A stretch of DNA of 32,000 nt from Candidatus Saccharimonadota bacterium (GCA_016700015.1 CP064995.1:510001-542000), one strand, 5' to 3'. Counted from the stretch's first letter, positions 22,454 through 30,580 are shown. Numbers and translations: made by a program. The notes: generated from the sequence alone by a model not told the origin.

Positions 22454-22528
22454 GGTCGTATCGTCTAACGGTTAGGACATCAGGTTCTCATCCTGACAAT
22501 CCGGGTTCGATTCCCGGTACGATCACCA
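22454..22528 (+). tRNA. tRNA-Glu (anticodon CUC)
   Basis: Hand-folded. Acceptor GGTCGTA/TACGATC (one G-U); D arm GTCT-AACGGTTA-GGAC; anticodon stem TCAGG/CCTGA with loop TTCTCAT; T arm CCGGG-TTCGATT-CCCGG; encoded CCA. TATAAT at 22439-22444 lies 9 nt upstream. Confidence 0.9.
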
Positions 22529-22570
22529 AAGCAAAAACCTCTGGCCTAGGCTAGGGGTTTTTGCTTTGAT
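22528..22570 (+). terminator. Intrinsic terminator after tRNA-Glu
   Basis: AAAGCAAAAACC (22528-22539) pairs with GGTTTTTGCTTT (22556-22567). Confidence 0.6.
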
Positions 22571-22712
22571 AGCCCTTGCTAGAGAGCCAGGCCCGCAGGG
22601 TTCGATAAACCGACGAGGCGAGAGAAAAATCAGCTTGCTTACTTTTCCGAGCGAGGATGGACTATATCTTTTGATATTCCCGGTAAGTAAAGGTCGGACT
22701 TTTTTCATCTGT

Positions 22713-22800
22713 TAAAGATCAGATCTTTATTGTTCCTAGATCTTATTGCTCAGATTACCCTTACCCAGTATTTCAGTATGCATTTCGTTCCATTTCGATT
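22713..22800. repeat. Cluster of short palindromic and tandem direct repeats in the tRNA-Glu / T4SS spacer
   Basis: Palindrome TAAAGATC-A-GATCTTTA (22713-22729). Direct repeats AGATCTTTATTG (22721-22732) and AGATCTTATTG (22738-22748). Tandem TTACCC x2 (22755-22766). Tandem CATTTCGTTC/CATTTCGATT (22781-22800). Confidence 0.7.
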
Positions 22801-22812
22801 CAATAAAGTTTG

Positions 22813-22845
22813 CCAAAGTAAAACCCCTGCATTTTCATGCAGGGG
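22813..22845 (-). terminator. Intrinsic terminator of the minus-strand unit ending at 22851
   Basis: The minus strand reads CCCCTGCAT-GAAA-ATGCAGGGG (22845-22824), followed by TTTTACTTTGG. Confidence 0.75.
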
Positions 22846-22850
22846 GTGTG

Positions 22851-23564
22851 CTACGAGTCACTTTCGACTTCGTTTTCATCTTCATCTGGCGGAGCGCCTG
22901 TGCCAAGATCTTCACTGGGCGCCAGTGGCTCGACAGGGGCAACGGGCTCACTGGCCACTACAACCGCAGCAGGGAAGGACCCCAGATTCTCGAGCCGCTT
23001 CTCAATCCGTTCGAGCACAGCCAGCATTGCCACGTTTGCTTCAAACGCCAGGAGACCCAGCGTTTTTTGCTGCTGCTCAAGTGACGTTCGATACTGCTTG
23101 ATTTTGAGCAGATGCTCAACATTCATGACGTTGGGCAGCCGCTTTGACCCAACATACAGTGTCACAGTATTAAACAGGTAGTCAAGGGGACTGCGTGTGG
23201 GGGTATCGAGATTGACGTTTTCGATACTTTCCACGTCGTCCGGACTTCCCAGCACTAGGAGCAAGATGTTAGCTTTCTCCTGAATACACAGGTTGCCGTC
23301 GTGCGGGTCGCAGGTGATGTAGTTGTTGGCCCACTGCCAGTACTCACGGTACGACCATAGGACCGCAGGAAGAAAACCTCCGAGGTAGTACCAGTGAAAA
23401 CCTTGCCACAGCACCAAGACGACGAACACCATGGTGGTAGCAAGGATTACGGTCGACACCGACGAAAAGATCAGCTGCTTGACGCTCCGGCGCTCGCAAT
23501 AGGCGTTTGGAGGAGTGGACTTGTCGTGATCCCACTCCTCCAGTAGCTCAGTACTGGCCTTCAT
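22851..23564 (-). CDS. Hypothetical membrane protein (2 TM hairpin, possible bacterial PH-like domain, coiled segment, acidic Pro-rich tail)
   Basis: 237 aa. Helices are LIFSSVSTVILATTMVFVVLVLW and YYLGGFLPAVLWSY. The following ~90 aa resemble the YdbT/bPH_2 topology (weak, by eye). The tail is EPVAPVEPLAPSEDLGTGAPPDEDENEVESDS. Confidence 0.6.
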   Translation of the reverse strand: MKASTELLEEWDHDKSTPPNAYCERRSVKQLIFSSVSTVILATTMVFVVLVLWQGFHWYYLGGFLPAVLWSYREYWQWANNYITCDPHDGNLCIQEKANILLLVLGSPDDVESIENVNLDTPTRSPLDYLFNTVTLYVGSKRLPNVMNVEHLLKIKQYRTSLEQQQKTLGLLAFEANVAMLAVLERIEKRLENLGSFPAAVVVASEPVAPVEPLAPSEDLGTGAPPDEDENEVESDS

Positions 23565-23565
23565 G

Positions 23566-24000
23566 TTAGTGGATTACCTTGCCAACAGCATCAAGGATGT
23601 CCTGAAGCGAGCGGATGCCAGCGTCGACAAGATCGCGCAGCACACCGCTTGGCAGCCACTGGTAGTACGAACCTACCTCTACAAACAGTGCGATGGTGGC
23701 AAGTACCACCAGGAAGATCCCGATCGCGAAGCCAGCCGTCTTTTTGCCGCTATTCTTCATCATCAGGAACGACGCAAGAAGGAAGACGACGGTGACAATA
23801 ATGAGCTGCACGTTGCTCGATACCCAACCAGCGGGCAACGAACCGAGCATAAGCGTCGCCCCGGCGATACCAAGGAAAATCCCGAGCAGTTGCAGCACGA
23901 GGGGGCGCCCGCTTTTGTCGAGCAGAGCACGCCCGCCAAGTAGCGCCACAAGACCGACCGCTAGGCTCAAAATACCCTGAGATACATTTGCAAGGTCCAT
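23566..24000 (-). CDS. Hypothetical polytopic membrane protein (4 TM, 144 aa)
   Basis: Four hydrophobic helices. AAGGAA 5 nt upstream of the ATG. Its stop lies 1 nt from the downstream start. It has its own promoter-like TTAGAC-18-TAATAT upstream on the minus strand. Confidence 0.6.
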   Translation of the reverse strand: MDLANVSQGILSLAVGLVALLGGRALLDKSGRPLVLQLLGIFLGIAGATLMLGSLPAGWVSSNVQLIIVTVVFLLASFLMMKNSGKKTAGFAIGIFLVVLATIALFVEVGSYYQWLPSGVLRDLVDAGIRSLQDILDAVGKVIH

Positions 24001-24090
24001 GGCAGTTCCTTACGTAGTAGGGGAGATACCAGTACTACTATATTACCATTTAATTGTTATTTAGTCTAAATTATTTTAAACATAACCAAT

Positions 24091-24122
24091 GAAAAAGCCG
24101 AGGAGTTGGTTAACTCCTCGGC
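24091..24122 (-). terminator. Intrinsic terminator after the hydrolase gene (end of the T4SS-like operon)
   Basis: The minus strand reads GCCGAGGAGTT-AACC-AACTCCTCGGC, followed by TTTTTCATTGG. Confidence 0.75.
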
Positions 24123-24143
24123 GGCCGATCCGATGTTCAATGG

Positions 24144-25616
24144 CTACGGAACGAGTCCGAACTGCCGCATGAACGCTACTGGATCAACAAACGCACCATT
24201 CACTCGCACGTTGAAGTGCAGGTGAGGGCCTGTACTTGAGCCAGTGCTGCCCGAAAGGGCAATAACTTGGCCTGCAGACACTTGCTCGCCCGCACTGACC
24301 TTGACGACCGAGAGGTGAGCGTAGCCAGTGACAATGCCGCCATGGTCAATCGTGACGAAGTTGCCATACCCACCTGCGGGTCCTGCGAACAACACCTTGC
24401 CGCCGTGTGCCGCCTTCACTGGCGTTGCCATGCTTGCGGCGAAGTCCACGCCATCATGCAGTTTATACACACCTGTAATGGGGTGTACGCGCATGCCATA
24501 GGAGCTGGTGACACGAATCGAGTCGAGAGGCCAGCGCCAACCATTACTCAGACTGGCACTGGGAGCCCCGACCGAAACAGGCCGTGTAGCCGCCATAAAC
24601 GCAGACGTGGTGCTGCTCCATGAAACTGGCTGGACACTAATCGGCACGAGTGCACCACTCGCATCAATCATCTGCCCATTCCCAAGGTAGATCGCAACAT
24701 GAGTTGCCTTCAAATCTATCGGCAAGAGCTGCATTTGCGAGGACCAGTAGAGAAGGTCGCCGCGCTGCAACACCTCAAGCCATTCGCCGGAAGTACCGGT
24801 ACCTGGCTTGGCAATCGCCGCCCCGTACTGATACTGGGCACTGGCGCCAAGCGGCAGCGATATGCCCGCCATCTGATATGCCCACTGAGTAAATCCAGAG
24901 TTATCGAAGGGAGTTGTCGTTGCCCATTGGTTAGTCTTGCCTTGCTGACTGAGCGCAGCCTGAACCGCAATTTCGACCGCGGCGTTGATGCCTCCGACTA
25001 GGAATTGTGAGCAGTCGGTACTTGGAGCTTGCACACCTGGTGCGACTGCTGTGGGATCAGAAACAAATCCGGCCAGGATTTGCAAGACAGGAACTTCCCA
25101 CAAGTAAAACGTTTTCTCGTAGCTTGCTCGATTGGGTCGCTGAACCGCGATTGCTACTTCGATGAGCGGCATTGTGTCACGGTTGGCGACTTTTTCGAGC
25201 GCTTCGTAGAACTTATTTGTGGCATACACCGGGTCCAAGATCTGATCAGGCGTACCCCAGCCTTGGCTGGGCCGCTGCTGAAAGATCCCAAGACTATCGC
25301 GGTCACCCCATTTAAGGTTACGAATGTTCGATTCTTGTTTTGCCACCATCAGCGCAATCTGAATGTCGCGCACACTACGGTGCCTTGATACGCCCACATC
25401 ACGGATGATGGCGATGTTCTGTAGCTGCTCGGGCGAATTAAATCCCGGCACCGAAGGCACGGGGCCTCCGACTGCCGGCAGATAGTACGTTCCCTGTCCC
25501 TGCGTCGAGCAGTACTGCTGGGTATTCGAGAAAAACCCTGCAACACCAACAATGACCAGAACGAGCATCAAAATCGGCGTCAACAGGATAACTAGAAGTT
25601 TCTTATAGCCCTTCAT
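24144..25616 (-). CDS. Membrane-anchored three-domain cell-wall hydrolase: SLT/lysozyme-like, NlpC/P60-like, M23 (LytM) peptidase
   Basis: The N-terminal TM is followed by an SLT-like segment (ALMVAKQESNIRN...SLGIFQQRP, Glu95). The NlpC/P60-like segment is FDNSGFTQWAYQMAGISLP...GDLLYWS...THVAIYLGNGQMIDAS. The M23 domain shows HDGVDFAA, GYAHLS and GPHLHFNV. Confidence 0.85.
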   Translation of the reverse strand: MKGYKKLLVILLTPILMLVLVIVGVAGFFSNTQQYCSTQGQGTYYLPAVGGPVPSVPGFNSPEQLQNIAIIRDVGVSRHRSVRDIQIALMVAKQESNIRNLKWGDRDSLGIFQQRPSQGWGTPDQILDPVYATNKFYEALEKVANRDTMPLIEVAIAVQRPNRASYEKTFYLWEVPVLQILAGFVSDPTAVAPGVQAPSTDCSQFLVGGINAAVEIAVQAALSQQGKTNQWATTTPFDNSGFTQWAYQMAGISLPLGASAQYQYGAAIAKPGTGTSGEWLEVLQRGDLLYWSSQMQLLPIDLKATHVAIYLGNGQMIDASGALVPISVQPVSWSSTTSAFMAATRPVSVGAPSASLSNGWRWPLDSIRVTSSYGMRVHPITGVYKLHDGVDFAASMATPVKAAHGGKVLFAGPAGGYGNFVTIDHGGIVTGYAHLSVVKVSAGEQVSAGQVIALSGSTGSSTGPHLHFNVRVNGAFVDPVAFMRQFGLVP

Positions 25617-26149
25617 TGGCCACTCGACTTCTCGAAGCCAATAAACTTCCAGCCGTCACTGGTTTTTTCCCAGTACGACAAGCGTGTTACAGGGAAGGTA
25701 TTGACGATATCGCGGCCACGCTTGGTGCTCACAACAATCGTCGATTGCACCCAGACCGTTTTCTCGTCGAAATCGTGCACGAGCACAGAACTACTAAGCC
25801 CACGCTCTACTATCACAGTCACTGGCTCTGCTTGCCCAGCGTTCGACTCGTCATGTGTCGATGAGACGCCAAGCGAAGCGTATCCAGCAGGCGTACAGAG
25901 CTTTGTGAGTACCGCCGAGCGCTCAGCGCTCGGCGGAGAGTCGAGTACTTGCTCAAGTGCAAACACTTGGTCAACAATCATCTGCTTCTCGCGTAGAGCC
26001 AGCGTGTCCTCCTGGGTCGCCACGGCGGACGACACAGGAGGGGCTGGTGGCGGGGTACTTGATTCATTCGAGCTTGGCCGCAGGAAGAAGGTCAGAACGA
26101 CCACCACTAGCAACACACCTGCAAGAATCTGTCGCCAGTACCGTTTCAT
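25613..26149 (-). CDS. Membrane-anchored T4SS component candidate (VirB8/PrgL/TcpC-like: TM plus NTF2-like domain)
   Basis: The N-terminal TM (ILAGVLLVVVVLTFFL) and a Pro-rich linker precede a ~120-aa domain ending VTRLSYWEKTSDGWKFIGFE. ATGA and TGATG overlaps join it to both neighbours. The assignment rests on architecture and context only. Confidence 0.45.
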   Translation of the reverse strand: MKRYWRQILAGVLLVVVVLTFFLRPSSNESSTPPPAPPVSSAVATQEDTLALREKQMIVDQVFALEQVLDSPPSAERSAVLTKLCTPAGYASLGVSSTHDESNAGQAEPVTVIVERGLSSSVLVHDFDEKTVWVQSTIVVSTKRGRDIVNTFPVTRLSYWEKTSDGWKFIGFEKSSGQ

Positions 26150-27606
26150 CAGCGTTCTCCCTTCCTGTCCATGAGACTCTTGATTCTCGGGTCATCCATA
26201 ACCGGCCGACGGCGAAGCATACGCTCGGTCGCACCGCTTGATTGCACAAGCTTACGCATCATGGGCGGAATGTGCCACTGTAGATACAGTGGGTCACGTT
26301 CACGCGCCTTAATAATCGAGCAACCCTGGCCAAGACGTTGCGAAAGCCGAATTAAACTGTCGTCCAGCTCAAGCCCGCGCAACATATTCCAAGTTTCTTC
26401 GTTATTCGGCTGTTGGAAAATCACAAAGATATCCGTGCCGTTATAGATCTGCTCAGCATATCCCCGGAGGGTTGTACCAGGATCTCCGTACATCATGTTC
26501 GGGAGATACTGTGTTGAAGCTAATCCGATTTTGTGCGATGCCCGCGCCTTCGCGTTCTGGAACGCGTGAGCACGTGCCTGCAAAGGGTGTTGTCCTTCTT
26601 CTTGCACTTCTTCCATCACGTGAACGTGAGGAATCGCTGCAAGATCATAGTTGTTGAGCGCAGCGGTCATGGTATTGAAACGCTGCGTCTCAAAAAACGC
26701 AACTTCTGTCGGACTAAGTCCACTCATATCAAACAACGCTGCCGGCTCCGCGAGGTAATCACGAATCGACTGGCGCCCTGCGAACATGCGGCCAAACATA
26801 CCGTCGAAAATCAGAGTCAAATAGGTTGCCACCCTAAAGGCAGCCGCCTGAATCACCTGAACATCGTAGTTTGGTTCGGCCTCAAGAACCACGTCGAGCG
26901 GCTTATACAGTTCGCTCGTATCGGGATTGTCACGCTCAGTCCTATAGTGAGCAAGAAGGTGATCATCGACACGACGGTAAAATGCTTCGATATCTTCCAG
27001 GGAGATACTCCGTAGTACCCGTTCCATAAGTCGCGTGCTCAGCTGCATCGGCCTATCGCGTTTGATCACGAAGACAGCGATACGCATAGCCAGCACCTCG
27101 TCTGGGGTCAGTTGTTCATTCTTCACGAACTCTGCCCCCGTCATTGCAGTCTGCAAGATATCCCATTCGGTTCTTAAAGCAACCGGATCGAGCATCTCCA
27201 ACGACAGGTCCCTGAGAGCAATGACGTCGCAGGCCATACTCTCGACAATACCCGCCCATTCCGCAGTAGCCTCTTCGGGCTTGCGATTGTCAATATGCAT
27301 GCGCATGTCTTCAAGCTCACCAGCAGTGTCAATCGCTTGCTGAATCATTGTTGACATCGAGAACAGCTTCATCGCCGTCGTTTTACCGCTTTTCTTCAGA
27401 CCCGTAAAAACAATCTCGAGCGACTTTGTGAGGCCTGTTTTTTGGGCGAGATACGCATCGAAAGGAATGCGCCGATGCGTCCGAAGACACGTACCAAGCG
27501 GCATACCCGAAGGTTGCCACAGTGAAGGCACGATAAACGGTTGGTATGGCATAGTTGCATCCGCACCAAACGAGAATGACCGACCACGAGCCATAGTAAT
27601 CACCAT
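26149..27606 (-). CDS. virB4: VirB4/TrbE-type T4SS ATPase, C-terminal (NTPase) half
   Basis: Walker A FTGLKKSGKTTAM, a Walker B-like IPHVHVMEEV, then KIGLASTQYLPNM and a C-terminal LGQGCSIIKAR block, in the order expected for the VirB4 C-domain. The likely real start is the second ATG (MARGRSF, 27594). Confidence 0.75.
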   Translation of the reverse strand: MVITMARGRSFSFGADATMPYQPFIVPSLWQPSGMPLGTCLRTHRRIPFDAYLAQKTGLTKSLEIVFTGLKKSGKTTAMKLFSMSTMIQQAIDTAGELEDMRMHIDNRKPEEATAEWAGIVESMACDVIALRDLSLEMLDPVALRTEWDILQTAMTGAEFVKNEQLTPDEVLAMRIAVFVIKRDRPMQLSTRLMERVLRSISLEDIEAFYRRVDDHLLAHYRTERDNPDTSELYKPLDVVLEAEPNYDVQVIQAAAFRVATYLTLIFDGMFGRMFAGRQSIRDYLAEPAALFDMSGLSPTEVAFFETQRFNTMTAALNNYDLAAIPHVHVMEEVQEEGQHPLQARAHAFQNAKARASHKIGLASTQYLPNMMYGDPGTTLRGYAEQIYNGTDIFVIFQQPNNEETWNMLRGLELDDSLIRLSQRLGQGCSIIKARERDPLYLQWHIPPMMRKLVQSSGATERMLRRRPVMDDPRIKSLMDRKGER

Positions 27607-27708
27607 CCTTTGGGAAAGAGAGTTTTTGAATTGTTAAGTATCGTGAGGTGGTTATTCTTACCTCAGTATAAAAGCCGTCTTACGACCGCTCCTAAACTAA
27701 AGTAAGAG

Positions 27709-27744
27709 CTTCTTGGGAACGGGCGAGAGCCCATTCCCAAGAAG
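27709..27744 (-). promoter_or_regulatory. Strong hairpin in the spacer between the two VirB4 halves (attenuator or processing-site candidate)
   Basis: CTTCTTGGGAA (27709-27719) pairs with TTCCCAAGAAG (27734-27744), plus inner GGGC/GCCC pairing. It begins 7 nt after the upstream minus-strand stop. A second hairpin TGAGGT/ACCTCA lies at ~27641-27664. Confidence 0.5.
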
Positions 27745-27751
27745 TATTGTT

Positions 27752-29275
27752 TCACAGCAGGTTAATGCCCGTCGCGCTCCACAGTGCGCGCCATTGCTGG
27801 ACGGCACCCTTGACCGGCTTAGGACCCATACCTTTCCGCTCCATCATCTCTTCTACAATCACCATGGCGTCACGGTGTGCTTCCAGACTGGGCGACACCG
27901 TCACCCAAATCAGGTTGTAGTTTTGGAGATAGTAGTTGAGTTCTCCAAGCATACGGTCACGCGCCTCAAGACTTTCGTCACGAGCGATGGCTTCGTTCGT
28001 ACGGTACCGTCCACTCAGATACAGATCGGCTGCAGAGCGCCCAAGAGCGATGAAGCGTCCAAGAAACCGAGATTCGTTTCGCAAGTTAACAGCCTGTCCG
28101 ACTTTGGCGAATGTCCCATTGATAGGATGTCCGTCGTCGTCAAGTAGGCTGAAGCCGTCGAGGAAGTACGAGGGGTCAATGAGCTCTGGCTGCGCGGTTA
28201 CACGCGTGATGCCGATGTAGTTTCCATCGATCACCAGGTAGTCCGGGTAGCCTTCGATACGCCTCGTCATAAGATGACGACGGCTCGTGACTGTACCGGC
28301 CAGACCGGCTTGCTCGTCATCGTAATACGCCGGCATACCTACACTATCCCAGGTAGACCTGAAGAAACGTAAGGCTTCGCCGCCTGTTGCAATGTGAGCA
28401 TCATTAACGCCCCAACTTTGCAGGTCACGCTCGATACGACGGGCGGCGCGCATAATTGGGGAACGGCGAAGCGTACGCACATCTACATTATCGCCACTGC
28501 TCGTTAGTTTTTTGTTGCCCGTGGTCGTCAGTACGAGGGCCATAGTAACTTCACGCGGAAGTGTTTCATCCATATCCTGCAGCTCACCGACCAGGCGGTG
28601 CAGTGTCATGTGACGTCGCTGTCTAGGAGTCAGGTCCGCTTCGGCAATAACCGGTCTTCCATCTGCGTCCTTTACCATGCCTTCCGGCACGAAGACGTAG
28701 GGATTGACGGCCATACCAACATATTGACGCGTCAACCAAGGATTGGACGGACTCGTGCGGTAGACCCACGAAATTCCCAGTCCAGCACCCAGGTGCTCAA
28801 GACGCTTGGCAAATTCCTTGCTGCGCCGATATTGCTCTACAAGGCTCTTGGTTGTGGTACTTGCGCCGCTACCCAAAATGGGTACGGCATAAGCATCACT
28901 TGCTCCCTTGATGCGAAACAACCCTATACTCGCTCTCGACTCATCGATGATTTCGTCGACGATGAAGGGAATGGGTGGTGGTGTACCGCTCGCTTCATCC
29001 CACATCACATTCTTCTTCCGAAGTCTGAGATGAAGGTTAGCGATTCCGTCGTTTGGAATACGGTACACCCTGGTAGTGTTCGTACGGTACAGTAGTCCTA
29101 CCAGCATCAAGCTGAGCAGCCCACCGTAGGGCAAGTACCCGATTGTCATAGTAATCATGGCAATCGAGCACACCATGATTACCGTTAGCCAAATATCGGG
29201 CTCATCCATTTCGAAGTATCGCTGGCTCAACTGAGTAGGAGCCAGGATCTGCGGTGGCTTAGCACGCGTCCTCAT
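27752..29275 (-). CDS. VirB3-like TM hairpin fused to VirB4 N-terminal domain (no NTPase motifs)
   Basis: GAGGAGG upstream of the ATG. The N-terminal TM hairpin is IWLTVIMVCSIAMITMTIGYLPYGGLLSLMLVGLLY. It is followed by ~430 aa without any P-loop. It sits directly upstream of the VirB4 ATPase half. From memory it resembles actinobacterial split-VirB4 partners (SCO6880-type). Confidence 0.6.
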   Translation of the reverse strand: MRTRAKPPQILAPTQLSQRYFEMDEPDIWLTVIMVCSIAMITMTIGYLPYGGLLSLMLVGLLYRTNTTRVYRIPNDGIANLHLRLRKKNVMWDEASGTPPPIPFIVDEIIDESRASIGLFRIKGASDAYAVPILGSGASTTTKSLVEQYRRSKEFAKRLEHLGAGLGISWVYRTSPSNPWLTRQYVGMAVNPYVFVPEGMVKDADGRPVIAEADLTPRQRRHMTLHRLVGELQDMDETLPREVTMALVLTTTGNKKLTSSGDNVDVRTLRRSPIMRAARRIERDLQSWGVNDAHIATGGEALRFFRSTWDSVGMPAYYDDEQAGLAGTVTSRRHLMTRRIEGYPDYLVIDGNYIGITRVTAQPELIDPSYFLDGFSLLDDDGHPINGTFAKVGQAVNLRNESRFLGRFIALGRSAADLYLSGRYRTNEAIARDESLEARDRMLGELNYYLQNYNLIWVTVSPSLEAHRDAMVIVEEMMERKGMGPKPVKGAVQQWRALWSATGINLL

Positions 29276-29304
29276 AGTCAGCCCTCCTCAGTTGGGTTGT
29301 GAAG

Positions 29305-30519
29305 TCAAACTTCGTTGCGCTTTAGATACCCCTGAAGAGTTACCTCTTGCGGATCTCGTTCATGAGGGGCCCGCTGCGGCGGCTCGGCGTCTTCAGTAGC
29401 CACGTGGACAGCAGCCGCAACTTCAGGCTGACCAGCCACCACGGCACCGAATTCGACCGCCTTACCAGCGTTAGTGACCACTGGAGACGAGTCTGATTCT
29501 GGAGGCTTTTCAACTACGACCGTTTCCACGGTCACATCTTGGGACGTGTTGTCGCTTGGTGCTATCGGCTTAAGTGAGGCCTCTAGTGTGTCATGTGTGT
29601 GACTCTCCACCTCGGGGCGGTTTGTCACGTCGGAATCGGTGTGACCCTCAACCTTCGATCGGCTCTTTCCGCCTGCTGCGCGGCTCACGTACTCCTTGCT
29701 AAGAGCATATAGACCGTAAACCGCTGCAAACGTCAGAAGGCTCATAACAATCGCGAGAACAATCTTAAGGACGACATTGTCGACGCCGACTGAGATAATT
29801 TGTCCCATTCTTCGAAAGAAAGCGACGACAGTGTCACCTGCCAAGTAGGTAATCACCCACAAGGCAACTGCACCGCGCCAAATCTTTCTGCCGATTTCAC
29901 CAAAACTAAGCGTTCCGGCGGCACCCATGATGCCGGCCGCCATCATGATTCTTCCGACGGCAAACGCGATGACTAGGCCGACAATGGCAAGAAGAATGAA
30001 CAAGTAGACAAGATGGAACCCGAGCGCCACTGGCCCCGGGTCCAACTTTGGGAAGGGCATACCGCTCGCATCGGACGGGATCGAGCTGGGGCCAATCTTG
30101 TTAACCGCCTCTGTCAGTCCAACCTTCATGCTGAGCACATAGGTATTGATCTTCCACATCGGTACTGCGAAAGCTCCGGTGAGAAGTACGGCAATACCAA
30201 TTTGCGGAAGCTTGTCAAGGACACGCCCCCACAGGAAAATCGCGAGACATACGGCGCAGAAAAACACATTGAACGCGACATAGTTAGAAAGGGGCCAAAC
30301 TTGCTCAAACATTGTCTGAGCCCAGTCGGCGTGTCCCAGCAATTTTGCCGGCTCGGTAAGGGCGGTGCTGATGAAGTTGTTTAGCTTCGTACACCACTCC
30401 CACACACTTTCGGACCATCCTTCAGTAGGATCGAGAGGGTTTGCCGGGGTGAATGCCGTAAGCAATAGCACGACCGGAAGCACTCCAGCTATGCCTAGCT
30501 TGCGCCTTGACCATGCCAT
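29305..30519 (-). CDS. Polytopic membrane protein, VirB6/TrbL/PrgH-like candidate, with ~130-aa acidic C-terminal tail
   Basis: There are 6-7 hydrophobic helices after a signal-like N-terminus. AAGGAG upstream of the ATG. It lies between the small 2-TM protein and VirB3/4, as in T4SS operons. Confidence 0.55.
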   Translation of the reverse strand: MAWSRRKLGIAGVLPVVLLLTAFTPANPLDPTEGWSESVWEWCTKLNNFISTALTEPAKLLGHADWAQTMFEQVWPLSNYVAFNVFFCAVCLAIFLWGRVLDKLPQIGIAVLLTGAFAVPMWKINTYVLSMKVGLTEAVNKIGPSSIPSDASGMPFPKLDPGPVALGFHLVYLFILLAIVGLVIAFAVGRIMMAAGIMGAAGTLSFGEIGRKIWRGAVALWVITYLAGDTVVAFFRRMGQIISVGVDNVVLKIVLAIVMSLLTFAAVYGLYALSKEYVSRAAGGKSRSKVEGHTDSDVTNRPEVESHTHDTLEASLKPIAPSDNTSQDVTVETVVVEKPPESDSSPVVTNAGKAVEFGAVVAGQPEVAAAVHVATEDAEPPQRAPHERDPQEVTLQGYLKRNEV

Positions 30520-30535
30520 TTCAGTACTCCTTATC

Positions 30536-30580
30536 TATCAAAAAGTGGAGAGGGGCCGACGGCAAAACGCCGCCGACCCC
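30536..30580 (-). terminator. Intra-operon terminator/attenuator after the small 2-TM gene
   Basis: The minus-strand RNA reads GGGGUCGGCGGC-GUUUU-GCCGUCGGCCCC, a 12-bp stem with 2 G-U pairs, followed by UCUCCACUUUUUGAU. On the plus strand the same positions would be C-A mismatches. Confidence 0.6.

Noticed and set aside
22523-22708. 61-aa minus-strand ORF (MKKVRPLLTG...)
   Set aside because: It overlaps the tRNA-Glu 3' end and its terminator hairpin. It has no SD and a low-complexity basic sequence. It is more likely non-coding spacer.
22730-23181. Three overlapping plus-strand ORFs of 112-123 aa
   Set aside because: They start in the repeat-rich spacer, cross the minus-strand terminator, and are antisense to the better-supported membrane protein gene 22851-23564.
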